Shown here: one piece after another, positions 11,266 through 24,526 of the stretch
Layout: the number at the start of each line of letters is the position of its first letter
Numbering within the stretch: the stretch's first letter is position 1
Assembly (NCBI GenBank): GCA_047967505.1
Contig: CM106538.1
DNA from: Dipteris shenzhenensis
Lineage: Eukaryota
Strand: one strand, 5' to 3'
Length of the DNA stretch: 64,000 nt
Position numbers and translations under genes: made by a program
The notes under the pieces: generated by a model
Database searches by the model: none
Told to the model about the DNA's origin: nothing
What the model saw: only the letters and a program-made list of their open reading frames with translations

Positions 11266-13624
11266 TGTTGCAAATTGATGCTTACAACTCGAATTAAAAC
11301 CAGCTTAAAAACATCACATGGAATAGAAAAAGAAACCAAATAGCCAAAACTATCAAAGACCCAAAAACTCCTTGTACATATTTGAATCAAGGACACAAGA
11401 CACAAGGATGACCTCAGACTTCATTGCACCTCTACGGAGGTTTTTTGCTGATTACATGACTCTAGACCAAGACTATGGACACAACTGAGAAGATATAGAC
11501 ACCCTACTGTATGCTAGTAGCTACTAGCCAGCCTAGGTAGCCTGGCGTCAGAAAAATGGACTACAAAACCCACGAAATCGAATCTCATCAGGGGTTTTCC
11601 ATTGTGGAGAATAGCTCAATTACTAGACTTAGTCACTGCCACACGATCAACAGAGAGAATCGTCTCAAGGATTATGAAGCTGCCTCACTTGATTGGTCAT
11701 CCATGCTGGATATTGCAGTTGACATGCACCGCCACTTTCTGATGCACTGGATAAACCTTGATCTCCACATGATCACCCACATCATCTTGTCCAATCACTA
11801 GCACCCAAATGTCCAATGACACGTGGCCAAAGAAAGAGCCAGTGTATTCTCAAGGTCTCCCAATGATGCTTTTGCCAACATTCCCCCCAAATGCTGAACG
11901 AGGGAGGAAAACAAAGTGTAAATTTCAACACAACAACCTGGTAACAACTCTGACCAAACCGACAAAACACAAGACAAGTCAAGTGTCAAAAAAAGAGTAT
12001 ACTCTCCAAAGCCAACTCTAAAAACCAGGCACCATAAGGTTCAAAATAATAAGTCTTCATCCAACACGTCAGCAACAAGAAACTTCACATTTTCTTGTGT
12101 CGTTGAATCTTCCATACAAGTGTTCCCTTCAAATTTTCTCTGAAGTCTCGTTTTCAAATCGATCCATTTCCAGTAATCGCATCTTTGCACGTCCATCTGT
12201 CCTTCAATGCAACGAATTGGTAGTTGACTTTGAAATGCCATTCAAAAAACCAAAATGAGTGCTACAGAGCGGCAACCCTCAAGACAAGCTCAATAAGGCA
12301 GATTGCAACAAGTGCTAAAGAGCAGTACACTTTGAAGAGACTGTTGTTACAGAGCATGGAAGCAATAGAAGATAGACACAATGAAAAGAAGTGCTCATAG
12401 AATGAAGAACTATGAGAGCCATATGTAGGGCATCTCTACATGATCACTGACATCATCGATGACTTCGGAGCTCCACAATCATCTCCTCAATCTGCTCCTA
12501 GATTCTCTCAATCATCCTATGTGGCTTTCCACCACCTAACTGTGCTTATGGGCACCTAACTGTGCCTCTAGCACTCACACATAGAAACCAAGGTGTGCCT
12601 GAGGCATACACCTTGAGATATCCCATCAGAGACAACCTTCAAAGCAAGCACCATAAGGCTTAGAATGCCCTGTCGTCTTCATCTATGCTAGCTACAACAG
12701 GCTGCTCGAAACTATGTACAGATACACAGTTGAAGAAACGCTCCAAAGAAAAACACCTTTAAGGAAGGAATTACTGCCTCGTCAAATCGACTCCCATACA
12801 ATAGGGAAGACAATTGGCAGAGCAAGCAAAGTACACACTGAGCAGCACCACTTCTAATTTGCAGATCTTCTCAAAATCTCAAGGACTTTTAGAACCATTC
12901 AAACGTTCAGACTCTTTGGGATCCTCATAACCTCACATAATCTCAACGAACAAGCTCGGGTAGAAACTCACAAGAACCCAACTGACACTTGAGACGAAAT
13001 CCTCACAGACCCTTACGATCCTGTTTTGATACCATATGTTGCAAATTGATGCATGCTAGAATCGTTTCATTCTCTCTTACAACCTGAATTGAAATCAACT
13101 AAAAAACGTCACATGAAATAGAAAAAGAAACCAGATAACCGACACTATTGTATATTTGAATCAGAGACAAGACACAGGATGACCTCGAACTTCAGCGCAC
13201 CTCGATACAGGATTTTTGCTGATTATGTACATGGCTCCAGACAAGACTATCGACTCAGCTGAGAAGATCTAGGTACCCTACTCCATGCTACTAGCCAACT
13301 GAGGTGGCCTAGCGATGGAACAATGTCGAATCTCATCAAGAGTTGTGGACAAAAAGAGTTTCCATTGTGCAGAATAGCTCACTTACTAGCCATAGTCACC
13401 GCCTCAGCGTTCAATAGAGAGAACGGCCTCAAGGATGATGAAGCCGCTTCACTTGATACCGGATATTGCCTGCCACACAGTTGACATGCACTGGATAAAC
13501 CTCGATCTCCATGTGATTACCTACATGATCTCGTCGAATCACTAGCACCCAAAGTTCAAGTGACATGTGGCCAAACAAAGAGCCAACGTATTCCCAAGGT
13601 CTCCCAATAAAGCTTTTGCCAATA
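11266..13624 (-). mobile_element. Non-autonomous LTR retroelement (TRIM/LARD-like), complete with TSD
   Basis: Diverged LTRs 11266-11880 and 13037-13624 (TGTTGCAAATTGATG...GCCAAC/TA); tRNA-Met-type PBS (plus-strand TTTTGATACCA, 13024-13034); PPT (TTCCCCCC at 11881); TSD TGTCA at 11261-11265 and 13625-13629; ~1.15 kb internal region without a recognisable pol. Confidence 0.88.
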
Positions 13625-15975
13625 TGTCATGTTGACAGCCCCTTTGTACTTTATTATTGCAACTTCAATGCAGGATTGCTCCACGTTTTTGCACTCTCCA
13701 CCATCTCCATTTCTCACATTTGGTATTGGAGGCTTATTTATATATGCACCAGCCGTATATCAATGTTTTGCAGTAGCAGCCTGCAACAGTTTCAACTTGT
13801 TTCTGCAGGTATTTTCACAGATTTTGAGCTGTTTAAGATCTGTTTTTACAGTTTTAGGCCTGCTGCAGCTATAAACAGGCTAGCTATTGCCTTTGAGGCC
13901 TTGCTTTTAAGATTCGTTTTTAGGGTTTCAGGCCTTTTGCATCTGTAAACAGGCTGCCTATAGCCTCAGAAGGCCTTGCGCCAGCTAGGCGCTGGTGTTG
14001 GAAGCATTTTCAGCATATTTCGAAGCATGCTAACACAATTGTTGAGACCTTGCTGTTAGAGGTGACATCTTGTGTATCACTGAGTGAGGGGTTTGGTTGT
14101 GGGTCTGCCCGCCCATGTGAGGAGAGTGAGGGCCTTGTTTGTGGGTTTGCCCGCCCAGGAGAGCCAAAGGGAGAGAGCAATGGATGCCGCCCAGTCCGTG
14201 ATTGTGGGGAGGGGTGTACGGAGCAGATACAGGGCTGTTTTGCCCTCCTTTGGGGCCTACCTAGTGCTGCCACTAGGCTGCTCCTATGGCACCTAGTAGG
14301 CACCCTGGTTGGGGGGCCTTGCATGCTCAAAGACCAGCCAGTCACCTGGCCCTCCTGGGTTGGCTGACCAGTCAGCCACCCCCTACCCCTATAGTTGGTC
14401 ACCTCCGGCAGGGGGACGGGGGGATCCTATATTAGGGCCCCTCTCCCCCATTCTCTCCATCGCAGTGTACAAAGCGAGCAGTCCACTTGGAGTTGAGGTT
14501 CTCCCCAGCAGTAGAGGGGTTTTCCTTGTGCAAGTCTCTCTCTCATGTGGAGACCTCAATTATCAATAGCTCTGTTTTTAAAGGCCACCTCCCCATCTGT
14601 AGTTCTGTTTTCCTTGTGGAGACCTCAATTGTCAATAGCTTTGTTTTTAAAGGCCACCTCCCCATCTGTAAGCCCCCATATGAGGAGAGCATGGGGGGGG
14701 TGAACCTGGTGTCTGAGAGATGGCCACATGGGCAGCACCATGGCTGCCATGTGGGCAAGAATCAAAGAGAGAAGAGAGATGTACCAGGAGGGACCATCAT
14801 GGCTGCGTCAGATGGTGACCTTGAGAAGGAAAGATGGCGAGGGTAACGACCCCCTGAATCTGGCCTGGCAAGAGGTGAATCTTGAGCAGCAGCATGGTGA
14901 AGGTATCCCAGGAGGTAGGCACTCGTATGGCGAGCCACGTGGCAGTGGGTGTGGGCAGGAAAATGACCTGGAGCAGGCCCTTTATGTGGCGCAACTTGGC
15001 GGGGGTTACCAGCAGCCTGGCCGGCCAGGTATAGGGCTGGTAGGGCTGGTTCTAGCCAGCCTACCATGCCTAGAAAATGGCAGGGCAGAGGGGGGCTGGA
15101 ACCTGCATATATAGGAGGGCATCAGTCCTAGTTTTGTGGGCCAAGGGGTCCTTGTTTTGAGCCCTAGAAGGGAGCATTTAATGGGCCAGAGGGGGCAGGT
15201 TAATCTACCAGCAGGTCGGCCTTTTTGGGCCTGCTGGGTCAGTTGGTTGGCCAGCCTTCTGGGCCTATAAAAGGGAGGGCCTTGTGCCCTCATGCTTATC
15301 CAGCAGTGCAGCCTTCAGGAGCAGTAAGGAGCAGCAGGAGACCTATACTTGGGCCTACTTCAGGGAGGTCAAGGAGGATCAGGAGTGCTGCAGACTTAGC
15401 TCCACATTGGCTGAGACCTAGGCTGTTTACTAGGGCAGTAAGGTGCTGAGATCTGGACAGAGTCTACATATGCTCGAGGTGGAGCACACAGGCTGAAGTC
15501 TAGGGATATCCGGCAGATAGTAGAAGTATGTGGTAAGATCAAAGGACCACGCTCTAGTGGGACTTTGGATCTATCTCTCTTTTGTATTGTGTCCATAGCT
15601 TTGGACGGAAATATATATTCTTTTGGTAGCTTCTATATCTAGCTGGTTCATTGTCTATTGATGAGTCTGCACATCTATGTGATGCACATAAGTTTAAGAA
15701 GTTTGTGATTCCACTCCCCACACATAGTGTGTGAGCTCCTGGGCTATTCTATCATTCTTGTGCATACCCTCTGTTGGTCGATTTCTAACATGGTATCAGA
15801 GCTCAAGTAAGACGCTCGCAGGTGTGGGAGCATGAAGGCAAGGACCTTGCTGAAGGACGAACCTGATTCAGGAGCTCTTGGGAATCGACTTCCACGACTG
15901 GAGGACAATGCCCTTGCGAGAAGGAGGGTGACTCAGGTTCAGTCAGGTGCGTAAGGAGTTCTAGTCTACAGAAGG

Positions 15976-17250
15976 TTGAGTCTGTTCAACTTTGCTGTGT
16001 GGTTTAGCAGCAGAGATGTGGATTCAGAAGCCTCTTCAGCCCCTTCTCTCCCTTCCTTCTCTCCCAGATTTCTTTCTTTCACCATCCCTAACTTTGGAGA
16101 GTCTGGGAAACTAGATGGGACAAATTACCCTATCTGGAAGGTGAAGATCCGGAGTCATTTAGTGGCTTGGAAACTATGGAAACTGACAACGGGAGCAGAG
16201 GCGAAGCCGGAGGATATGGTGGACAATAAGGGGGAGATACTCATACCAGTAAATGGAGAGGAGCTCGAAGCTTGGGAAGATAGAGATGCCCACGCCCTGG
16301 CATTGATCATAGAGACTACAGCGGACTCTGTGCTTCCTTACATCCAGATGACGGACACGTCAGTAGAGGCTTGGGCACTTCTGAAGGTTCTGTACAAGAT
16401 AGATATCATATCACGGATCTTGCTTCTTCAACATCAGCTCTACAACTTGGATATGGGTGAAGGAGATTCGGTACATGATCACTTGATGAAGGTCAAGATG
16501 GTAAGGGATCAAATAGCATCGGTTGGTCAGAAGGTGGACTCGTGCCATTTGGCCTTGATGGTACTGAGGAGGCTATCTCGGAGTTTCAGAAGCTTTGTTA
16601 TGACTCTGACAGCAGGACAGATGACCGAACGTCTGACTTTTGAGGAGTTTGGTCCATTACTGCTGCAAGAAGAAGCTAGGGAGAAGCTCTATAACAATGA
16701 CAAAGATGACAAGGCGTTGCTTGACAAAGGGTTACGCTGGCAAAGGAAAGGGCAAGGATGACTCTGATGACGAGGACACCTCTAAGAAAAGGAAGAAGCA
16801 AAAGAAGTGCTTCTATCGTGACATGGCAGGCCACTATGCGAAGGAGTGCAAAAAGAAGAAGGTGGATCAGGAAAACAAGGAGTCCGATTTAGATTCAGAG
16901 GGTGACACAAAAGCCAAAGCTAATGTGGTAATCAAAGAACTGTTCTTGGTGACATCTCCGTGTGTTACTGAGGTCAGATATGCCGACCTAAGAAAAGGAA
17001 GAAGCAAAAGAAGTGCTTCTATCGTGACACGGCAGGCCACTATGCGAAGGAGTGCAAAAAGAAGAAGGTGGATCAGGAAAACAAGGAGTCCGATTTAGAT
17101 TCAGAGGGTGACACAGAAGCCAAAGCTAATGTGGTAATCAAAGAACTGTTCTTGGTGACATCTCCGTGTGTTACTGAGGTCAGATATGCCGACCTAGAAG
17201 CCACAGTGAAGATGTTTGACATTGAGATGTGGGCCGACGGGGAGTCATAA
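15976..17250 (+). pseudogene. Copia-type gag, unit 1 (frameshifted, zinc-knuckle region duplicated)
   Basis: KLDGTNYPIWK..LQHQLYNLDMGEGDSVHDHL..LRRLSRSF..LLQEE; the knuckle reads CFYRDMAGHYAKEC (Cys->Arg). Confidence 0.85.
16782..17196 (+). repeat. Tandem duplication, 2 x 206 bp
   Basis: CTAAGAAAAGGAAG... starts at 16782 and 16988; single copy in unit 2. Confidence 0.9.
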
Positions 17251-17404
17251 ACCTTTGTGAAGGTGAAGGACATCATGGAGTGCTTAGAATCTTCCAGGTG
17301 TGTGGCTGTTGATACTGATAGGAGGATGCATTTCATGGAGTGCCCTAGGGTTTCATGTTAAAATGGACGTGGACGCTGTAATTCAGAAGGGGGCAGCACA
17401 AGAT

Positions 17405-20355
17405 TGTAGGTACGAGTCAAAGAGAGGGAGAGAGTGCAGGTACAAGACGAGTTGAAAGAGAAGTCACGTCAAACTTAGATAGATTGAAAAACACAAGTAC
17501 AAAGTACTTGTACTCAGGCCTAGGACTAAGTGTCCTAGGTGTCACATAGGACTAAGTATCCTATGTGGCATAGAAGGCACTAAGACTTAAGTGCCTACAC
17601 TTATGCCTACAAGGCACATACCATGGCCTATAGGGCATCACTAGAACCACCAAAAGATGGCCTACAAACCCCGCTCCATGGGATGGGCTGAAGTACTCTG
17701 GAAACGTCTCAGAATACCTGGTAGTTTCTGGTCATGTTGTCACATGTTCATCGAAAAGGATATAGCCACCTATGAATGTACAAGGAATGTCAGATCATGT
17801 AACAAAGGGAACCAAGTGTAAAGCCTGTCAGAAGACTTGAACTTGGGACGAGGAAGTGCCTTTGTAAACATATCTGCGATGTTGTCCTCTGTGGGAAGAT
17901 AGGACAACTCTATGTCTCCTGCTGACAACCGCTCCCGAACATAATGATAGTGAACTTCAATATGCTTGGTATGCGCATGAAACACTGGGTTACGCGCAAT
18001 GGCCAAAGTACTCTGGCTGTCAGTGTAGACAATAGTGGAGGATGTCTGGCAAATACCAAGATCTATAAGTAACTGTCGAAGCCAAACACACTCTACAGTA
18101 CCCAGCCTCACAACTAGACGTGGCAACTGTTGGTTGCTTCTTGCTGAGCCAAGAAATACATGAATTGCCAAGCAAAAAACAATTGCCAGTATGTGACACT
18201 CTGGTGTCGGAACATCCTACCCAGTCACTATCCGTGTAAGCATGCATGGTAAGTGAACCCTTATCACCATAGAAGAGGGCTAAATCCTGAGTGCCTCTGA
18301 GATATCTGAAGACTCTCTTCACTGCCTGCCAATGCTGTGAACTGGGCGTGTGCATGAATCTGCTGAGCTGAGATACTGCATACTGCAAGTCAGGTCTGGT
18401 GTGACATAAATAAATAAGGCATCCAACAGCCTGCTGATAAAGAGTGATATCACATGGTGGGCTCCCATCATGAGCTGAGAATTTGAAGCCAGGGTCCACT
18501 GGAGTAGAGATTGGCTTGCAATCCTCAAACTGAAAACGATCAAGGAGCTGTCCAATATACTTGGACTGAGACATCATGATACCCCCCTCAACATGAGCAA
18601 ACTGAATGCCCAAATAATAATGGAGCTGTTCCATGTCTGGCATGTCAAAAATCTGCTGCAAATCAGCCTTGAAAGCTGCAATTTGCTGAGTATCTGGGCC
18701 CGTGATAAGCATATCATCCACATATAAAATCAGCACTAAAAAATCAGATCCACTCCCACGGAAATAAAGAGTGGGTTCTGTGGGACTATTCTGAAAACCA
18801 AGGGATAGTAAGTGTGCATGAATTTTGGCATACCATGCCCTGGGTGCCTGCTTCAAACCCCCATGAAGAAAGGCAGTCTTGATGTCAAGTTGGTGCACTT
18901 GCCAATGATGATGGGCTGCAATGGCAATGACACATCAAATGGTAGTAATCCTGGATGTGGGAGCAAATGTCTCCACAAAGTCAATGCCTTGTTGTTGGGC
19001 ATACCCTTTTGCAACAAGACGGGCTTTGTATCGATCTATGCTGCCATCAGATTTCCTTTTTAATTTGTAGACCCACCGCGTTCCAATGGCATGCTTGCCA
19101 GGTGGGAGATCTACTAATTCCCAAGTGTCATTTTTGGCAATAGATTGTAACTCAGCTTTCATTGCATCCATCCACTCTTTGCTGTCAAAAGCATCTTTAT
19201 GGCACAAAGGCTCTTCATTGCAAGCTGTAGCAAGGAGTGCAAACTCAAGAAAGTGACCATGCTGTCTATTCCCTGATCTTGTCCGGGCAGCAAAAGGCTG
19301 ATCTTGTTTGCTGTCCCTCAATGTGTCAAGAAGCCATCTGGGAACTTGCCTTTGCTGTCTATTGACAGCTCTTTCTTCAATGTCTGCATCATTAGTAATG
19401 GGATCATTTTGTGCCGGAAGAGAAACCTGCAAATCAGCATGAGGTGGTGGCTGATTATTGCTTAGTGGAGGGCCTGCAGGAGGCTCATGTTGCTGCTCAA
19501 AATCCTCTTCTGATGATGGTAGAGGTAACCAAGATTCAAAGGCATCAAACATGTCAATATCTGGCTTTGCTTTGCAGTCCACAAGAGGAGAAGCTGAACG
19601 TTCAGCAAAGATCACATCTCTACTGACAATAATCTTCCCAGTATTTGGTTGATATAACCGATACCCTCTGCTCTCCTGGCTGTAACCAATGAATATGCAT
19701 TTGATTGCCTTGTCATCAAGCTTATGTCTCAGCTGAGATGGTACATGAACATATGCAAGAGACCCAAAAACTTTCATGTGTGAAAGTGAAGGCTTCCTGC
19801 CTTTCCATGCTTCATAAGGTGTAATAGTCTTTAATGCCCGTGTAGGTGATCTATTCAGCACATAGTTGGCACACATTACTGCATCAAGCCAAAATTTATT
19901 GGGCAAAGACTTGGCCTTAAGCATGCATCTGGCCATCTCCTTTGTGGACCTGTTTTTCCTTTCAGAAATAGGATTCTGCTGAGGAGTGTAAGGAGTAGTG
20001 CATGAGTGAATAATACCAGGCCTTCCGTACAACTGTACAGAAGGGAATGCAAGTACACCTGTTACTTGGGGAGCTAGACGCTTGCTCTGATACCACTGTA
20101 GGTACGAGTCAAAGAGAGAGAGTGCAGGTACAAGACGAGTCGAAAGAGAAGTCACGTCAAACTTAGATAGATTGAAAAACACAAGTACAAAGCACTTGTA
20201 CCTAGGCCTAGGACTAAGTGTCCTAGGTGTCACATAGGACTAAGTGTCCTATGTGGCATAGAAGGCACTAACACTATAAGTGCCTACACTTATGCCTACA
20301 AGGCACATACCATGGCCTATAGGGCATCACTAGAACCACCAAAAGATGGCCTACA
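17405..20355 (-). mobile_element. Internally deleted Ty1/Copia element nested in tandem unit 1
   Basis: LTRs 17405-17666 and 20097-20355 (TGTAGG...CCTACA); TSD AAGAT (17400-17404, 20356-20360; single copy in unit 2); PBS 20084-20095; integrase C-half (TPQQN..ERKNR), RT (YKARLVAKGY, YVDDML) and RNase H (KHIEVHYHYVRE, ADMFTKAL); gag/PR absent. Confidence 0.95.
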
Positions 20356-22391
20356 AAGATCACACCGGTTATTGGTATGTCCCTCGATGAGGTGCATGGT
20401 TTGCTTTTAGAGCAAGCACACAGGCAGTACGACGATTTGGCATGTACTTGATGTTCTTAATTTAAACCTTTATAGCATGATGTGGAGAGAATCTACTCCT
20501 TCATATGTCTCAGGTAATGTGACATTGGAAGGAATGGGCCTTCTTCGAAGGCAGAAGGGGAAGTGTGGGTGCTTCTTCAAATCTCAGACACAGATTGCTG
20601 GAAGGTGATGGACAAGTTGTACTGAAGCCAAAAGAGTACTTGCTTGAGAACTCAGTGAGAGTTCGTGATCCAGGTTATCTACAGATATATTTGGGATTTC
20701 ATTTCTCGAGATGGTTCCTTTGTTACAGAGTCTAGACCTTGCCAAAGGAAGGATGGGTTGAGACAGACCGTGAGAGAATGGTGCCGGGAAGACTTTAGGT
20801 TGTTCACTCATTATGAGGGGGACAACTGGAAGATCATGGCATTTGGATTGCTCCAATTTAGAGGCGGGAATGTGAGTGAAGGTGGTGGTGCCAACGGGTG
20901 CTATCGTGGATGGACCTGTGTACCAAGATGGTTTGCTTGTGCCGGACCAAACCTGGAGAAGTAGGAGCCACTAGTTGAAAAGCTAGGAACCGGAATTGAC
21001 ACCGGATTGTGCCAGAGGGTTTCATCATGGGAGCTGTTGGGGCAACGTCATCGGCGTGTTGGCGTTGGGCCTAGATGTGTCGGTGAGAGGGGGTGTTGGA
21101 AAGTTCACCTCCCAATCTGTAAGCCCCCATATGAGGAGAGCGTGGGGGGGGTGAAACTGCTGTCTGAGAGATGGCCACATGGGCAGCACCATGGCTGCCA
21201 TGTGGGCAAGAATCAAAGAGAGAAGAGAGATGTACCAGGAGGGACCTGGTGACCTTGAGAAGGAAAGATGGCGAGGGTAACGACCCCCTGAATCTGGCCT
21301 GGCAAGAGGTGAATCTTGAGCAGCAGCATGGTGAAGGTATCCCAGGAGGTAGGCACTCGTATGGCGAGCCACGTGGCAGTGGGTGTGGGCAGGAAAATGA
21401 CCTGGAGCAGGCCCTTTATGTGGCGCAACTTGGCGGGGGTTACCAGCAGCCTGGCTGGCCAGGTATAGGGCTGGTAGGGCTGGTTCTAGCCAGCCTACCA
21501 TGCCTAGAAAATGGCAGGGCAGAGGGGGGCTGGACCCTGCATATATAGGAGGGCATCAGTCCTAGTTTTGTGGGCCAAGGGGTCCTTGTTTTGAGCCCTA
21601 GCATTCAATGGGCCAGAGGGGGCAGGTTAATCTACCAGCAGGTCGGCCTTTTTGGGCCTGCTGGGTCAGTTGGTTGGCCAGCCTTCTGGGCCTATAAAAG
21701 GGAGGGCCTTGTGCCCTCATGCTTATCCAGCAGTGCAGCCTTCAGGAGCAGTAAGGAGCAGCAGGAGACCTATACTTGGGTCTACATCAGGGAGGTAAGG
21801 AGGATCAGGAGTGCTGCAGACTTAGCTCCACATTGGCTGAGACCTAGGCTGTCTACCAGGGCAGTAAGGTGCTGAGATCTGGACAGAGAGTCTACATATG
21901 CTCGAGGTGGAGCTCACAGGCTGAAGTCTAGAGATATCTGGCAGATAGTAGAAGTATGTGGTAAGATCAAAGGACCACGCTCTAGTGGGACTTTGGATCT
22001 ATCTCTCTTTTGTATTGTGTCCATAGCTTTGGACGGAAATATATATTCTTTTGGTAGCTTCTATATCTAGCTGGTTCATTGTCTATTGATGAGTCTGCAC
22101 ATCTATGTGATGCACATAAGTTTAAGAAGTTTGTGATTCCACTCCCCACACATAGTGTGTGAGCTCCTGGGCTATTCTATCATTCTTGTGCATACCCTCT
22201 GTTGGTCGATTTCTAACATGGTATCAGAGCTCAAGTAAGACACTCGCAGGTGTGGGAGCATGAAGGCAAGGACCTTGCTGAAGGACGAACCTGATTCAGA
22301 GGCTCTTGGGAATCGACTTCTAGGACTGGAGGATAGTGCCCGTGCGAGAAGGAGGGTGACTCAGGTTTAGTCAGGTGCGTAAGGAGTTCTA

Positions 22392-23654
22392 GTGTACAGA
22401 AGGTTGAGTCTATTTAACTTTGCTGTGTGGTTTAGCAGCAGAGATGTGGATTTAGAAGCCTCTTCAGCCCCTTCTCTCCCTTCCTTCTCTCCCAGATTTC
22501 TTTCTTTCACCATCCCTAACTTTGGAGAGTCTGGGAAACTAGATGGGACAAATTACCCTATCTGGAAGGTGAAGATCCGGAGTCATTTAGTGGCTTGGAA
22601 ACTGTGGAAATTGACAACGGGAGCAGAGGCGAAGCCGGAGGATATGGTGGACAACAAGGGGGAGATACTCATACCAGCAAATGGAGAGGAGCTCGAAGCT
22701 TGGGAAGATAGAGATGCCCACGCCCTGGCATTGATCATAGAGACTACGGCGGACTCTGTGCTTCCTCACATCCAGATGACGGACACGTCAGTAGATGCTT
22801 GGGCCATTCTGAAGGTTCTGTACAAGACAGATAACATATCACGGATCTTGCTTCTTCAACATCAGCTCTACAACTTGGATATGGGTGAAGGAGATTCGGT
22901 ACATGATCACTTGATGAAGGTCAAGATGGTAAGGGATCAACTAGCATCGGTTGGTCAAAAGGTGGACTCGTGCCATTTGGCCTTCATGGTACTGAGGAGG
23001 CTACCTCGGAGTTTCAAAAGCTTTGTTACGACTGTGACAGCAGGACAAATGACCGAACCGCTGACTTTTGAGAAGTTTGGTCCATTACTGTCCAAGAAGA
23101 AGCTAGGGAGAAGCTCTATAACAATGACAAAGATGACAAGGCGTTGCTTGACAAAGGGTTACGATGGCAAAGGAAAGGGCAAGGATGACTCTGATGACGA
23201 GTACACCTCTAAGAAAAGGAAGAAGCAAAAGAAGTGCTTCTATTGTGACACGGCAGGCCACTATGCGAAGGAGTGCAGAAAGAAGAAGGTGGATCAGGAA
23301 AACAAGGAGTCCGATTCAGATTCAGAGGGTGACACAAAAGCCAAAGCTAATGTGGTAATCAAAGAACTGTTCTTGGTGACATCTCCATGTGTTACTGAGG
23401 TCAGAGATGCCGACCTAGAAGCCACAGTGAAGATGTTTGACATTGAGATGTGGGCCGACGGGGAGTCAGAAACCTTTGTGAAGGTGAAGGACAGCATGGA
23501 GTGCTTAGAATCTTCCAAGTGTGTGGCTGTTGATACTGATAGGAGGATGGATTTCATGGAGTGCCCTAGGGTTTCATGTTCAAATGGACGCTGTAATTCA
23601 GAAGGGGGCAGGGCAGTACAAGATCACACCGGTTATTGGTACGTCCCTCAATGA
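22392..23654 (+). CDS. Copia-type gag ORF, unit 2 (with CCHC zinc knuckle)
   Basis: 420-aa ORF with gag motifs and CFYCDTAGHYAKEC; a short region appears shifted relative to unit 1 (compensating indels). Confidence 0.8.
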   Translation: MYRRLSLFNFAVWFSSRDVDLEASSAPSLPSFSPRFLSFTIPNFGESGKLDGTNYPIWKVKIRSHLVAWKLWKLTTGAEAKPEDMVDNKGEILIPANGEELEAWEDRDAHALALIIETTADSVLPHIQMTDTSVDAWAILKVLYKTDNISRILLLQHQLYNLDMGEGDSVHDHLMKVKMVRDQLASVGQKVDSCHLAFMVLRRLPRSFKSFVTTVTAGQMTEPLTFEKFGPLLSKKKLGRSSITMTKMTRRCLTKGYDGKGKGKDDSDDEYTSKKRKKQKKCFYCDTAGHYAKECRKKKVDQENKESDSDSEGDTKAKANVVIKELFLVTSPCVTEVRDADLEATVKMFDIEMWADGESETFVKVKDSMECLESSKCVAVDTDRRMDFMECPRVSCSNGRCNSEGGRAVQDHTGYWYVPQ

Positions 23655-24470
23655 GGTGCATGGTTTGCTTTTAGAGCAAGCACACAGACAGTACGACGAT
23701 TTGGTATGTACTTGATGTTCTTAATTTAAACCTTTATAGCATGATGTGGAGAGAATCTGCTCCTTCATATGTCTCAGGTAATGTGAGATTGGAAGGAATG
23801 GACCTTCTTCGAAGGCAGAAGGGGAAGTGTGGGTGCTTCTTCAAATCTCAGACACAGATTGCTGGAAGGTGATGGACAACTGAAGCCAAAAGAGTACCTG
23901 CTTGAGAACTCAGTGAGAGTTCGTGATCCAGGTTATCTACAGATATATTTGGGATTTCATTTCTTGAGATGGTTCCTTTGTTACAGAGTCCAGACCTTGC
24001 CAAAGGAAGGATGGGTTGAGACAGACCGTGAGAGAATGGTGCCGGGAAGACTTTAGGTTGTTCACTCATTATGAGGGGGACAACTGGAAGATCATGGCAT
24101 TTGGATTGCTCCAATTTAGAGGCGGGAATGTGATTGAAGGTGGTGGTGCCAATGGGTGCTATCGTGGATGGACCTATGTACCAGGATGGTTTGCTTGTGC
24201 AGGACCAAACCTGGAGAAGTAGGAGCCACTAGTTGAAAAGCTAGGAACCGGATTGTGCTAGAGGGTTTCATCATGGGAGCTGTTGGGGCAACGTCATCGG
24301 CGTGTTGGCATTGGGCCTAGATGTGTCGGTGAGAGGGGGTGTTGGAAAGGTCACCTCCCCATCTGTAAGCCCCCATATGAGGAGAGCATGGGGGGGGTGA
24401 AACTGCTGTCTGAGAGATGGCCACATGGCAGCATCATGGCTGCCATGTGGGCAAGAATTAAAGAGAGAAG

Positions 24471-24526
24471 AAGTAGAAGTAGAAGTAGAATTTATTAGCG
24501 TCCTCGGGGGGCCAAAAATGACCCAT
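24471..24526 (-). mobile_element. 56-bp LINE family-2 3' terminal fragment inserted in LTR3
   Basis: Absent from LTR1/LTR2, where AGAGATGTACCA occupies the site; nearly identical to ~7660-7710. Confidence 0.88.

Noticed and set aside
13996-14648. TGTTGGAAG-starting segment resembling a related LTR before LTR1
   Set aside because: No matching end, partner LTR or TSD could be defined.
14010-15596. Many overlapping ORFs, repeated near 21007-21875 and 24271-25531
   Set aside because: They lie in or next to GC-rich LTR copies, are disrupted differently in each copy and show no domain.
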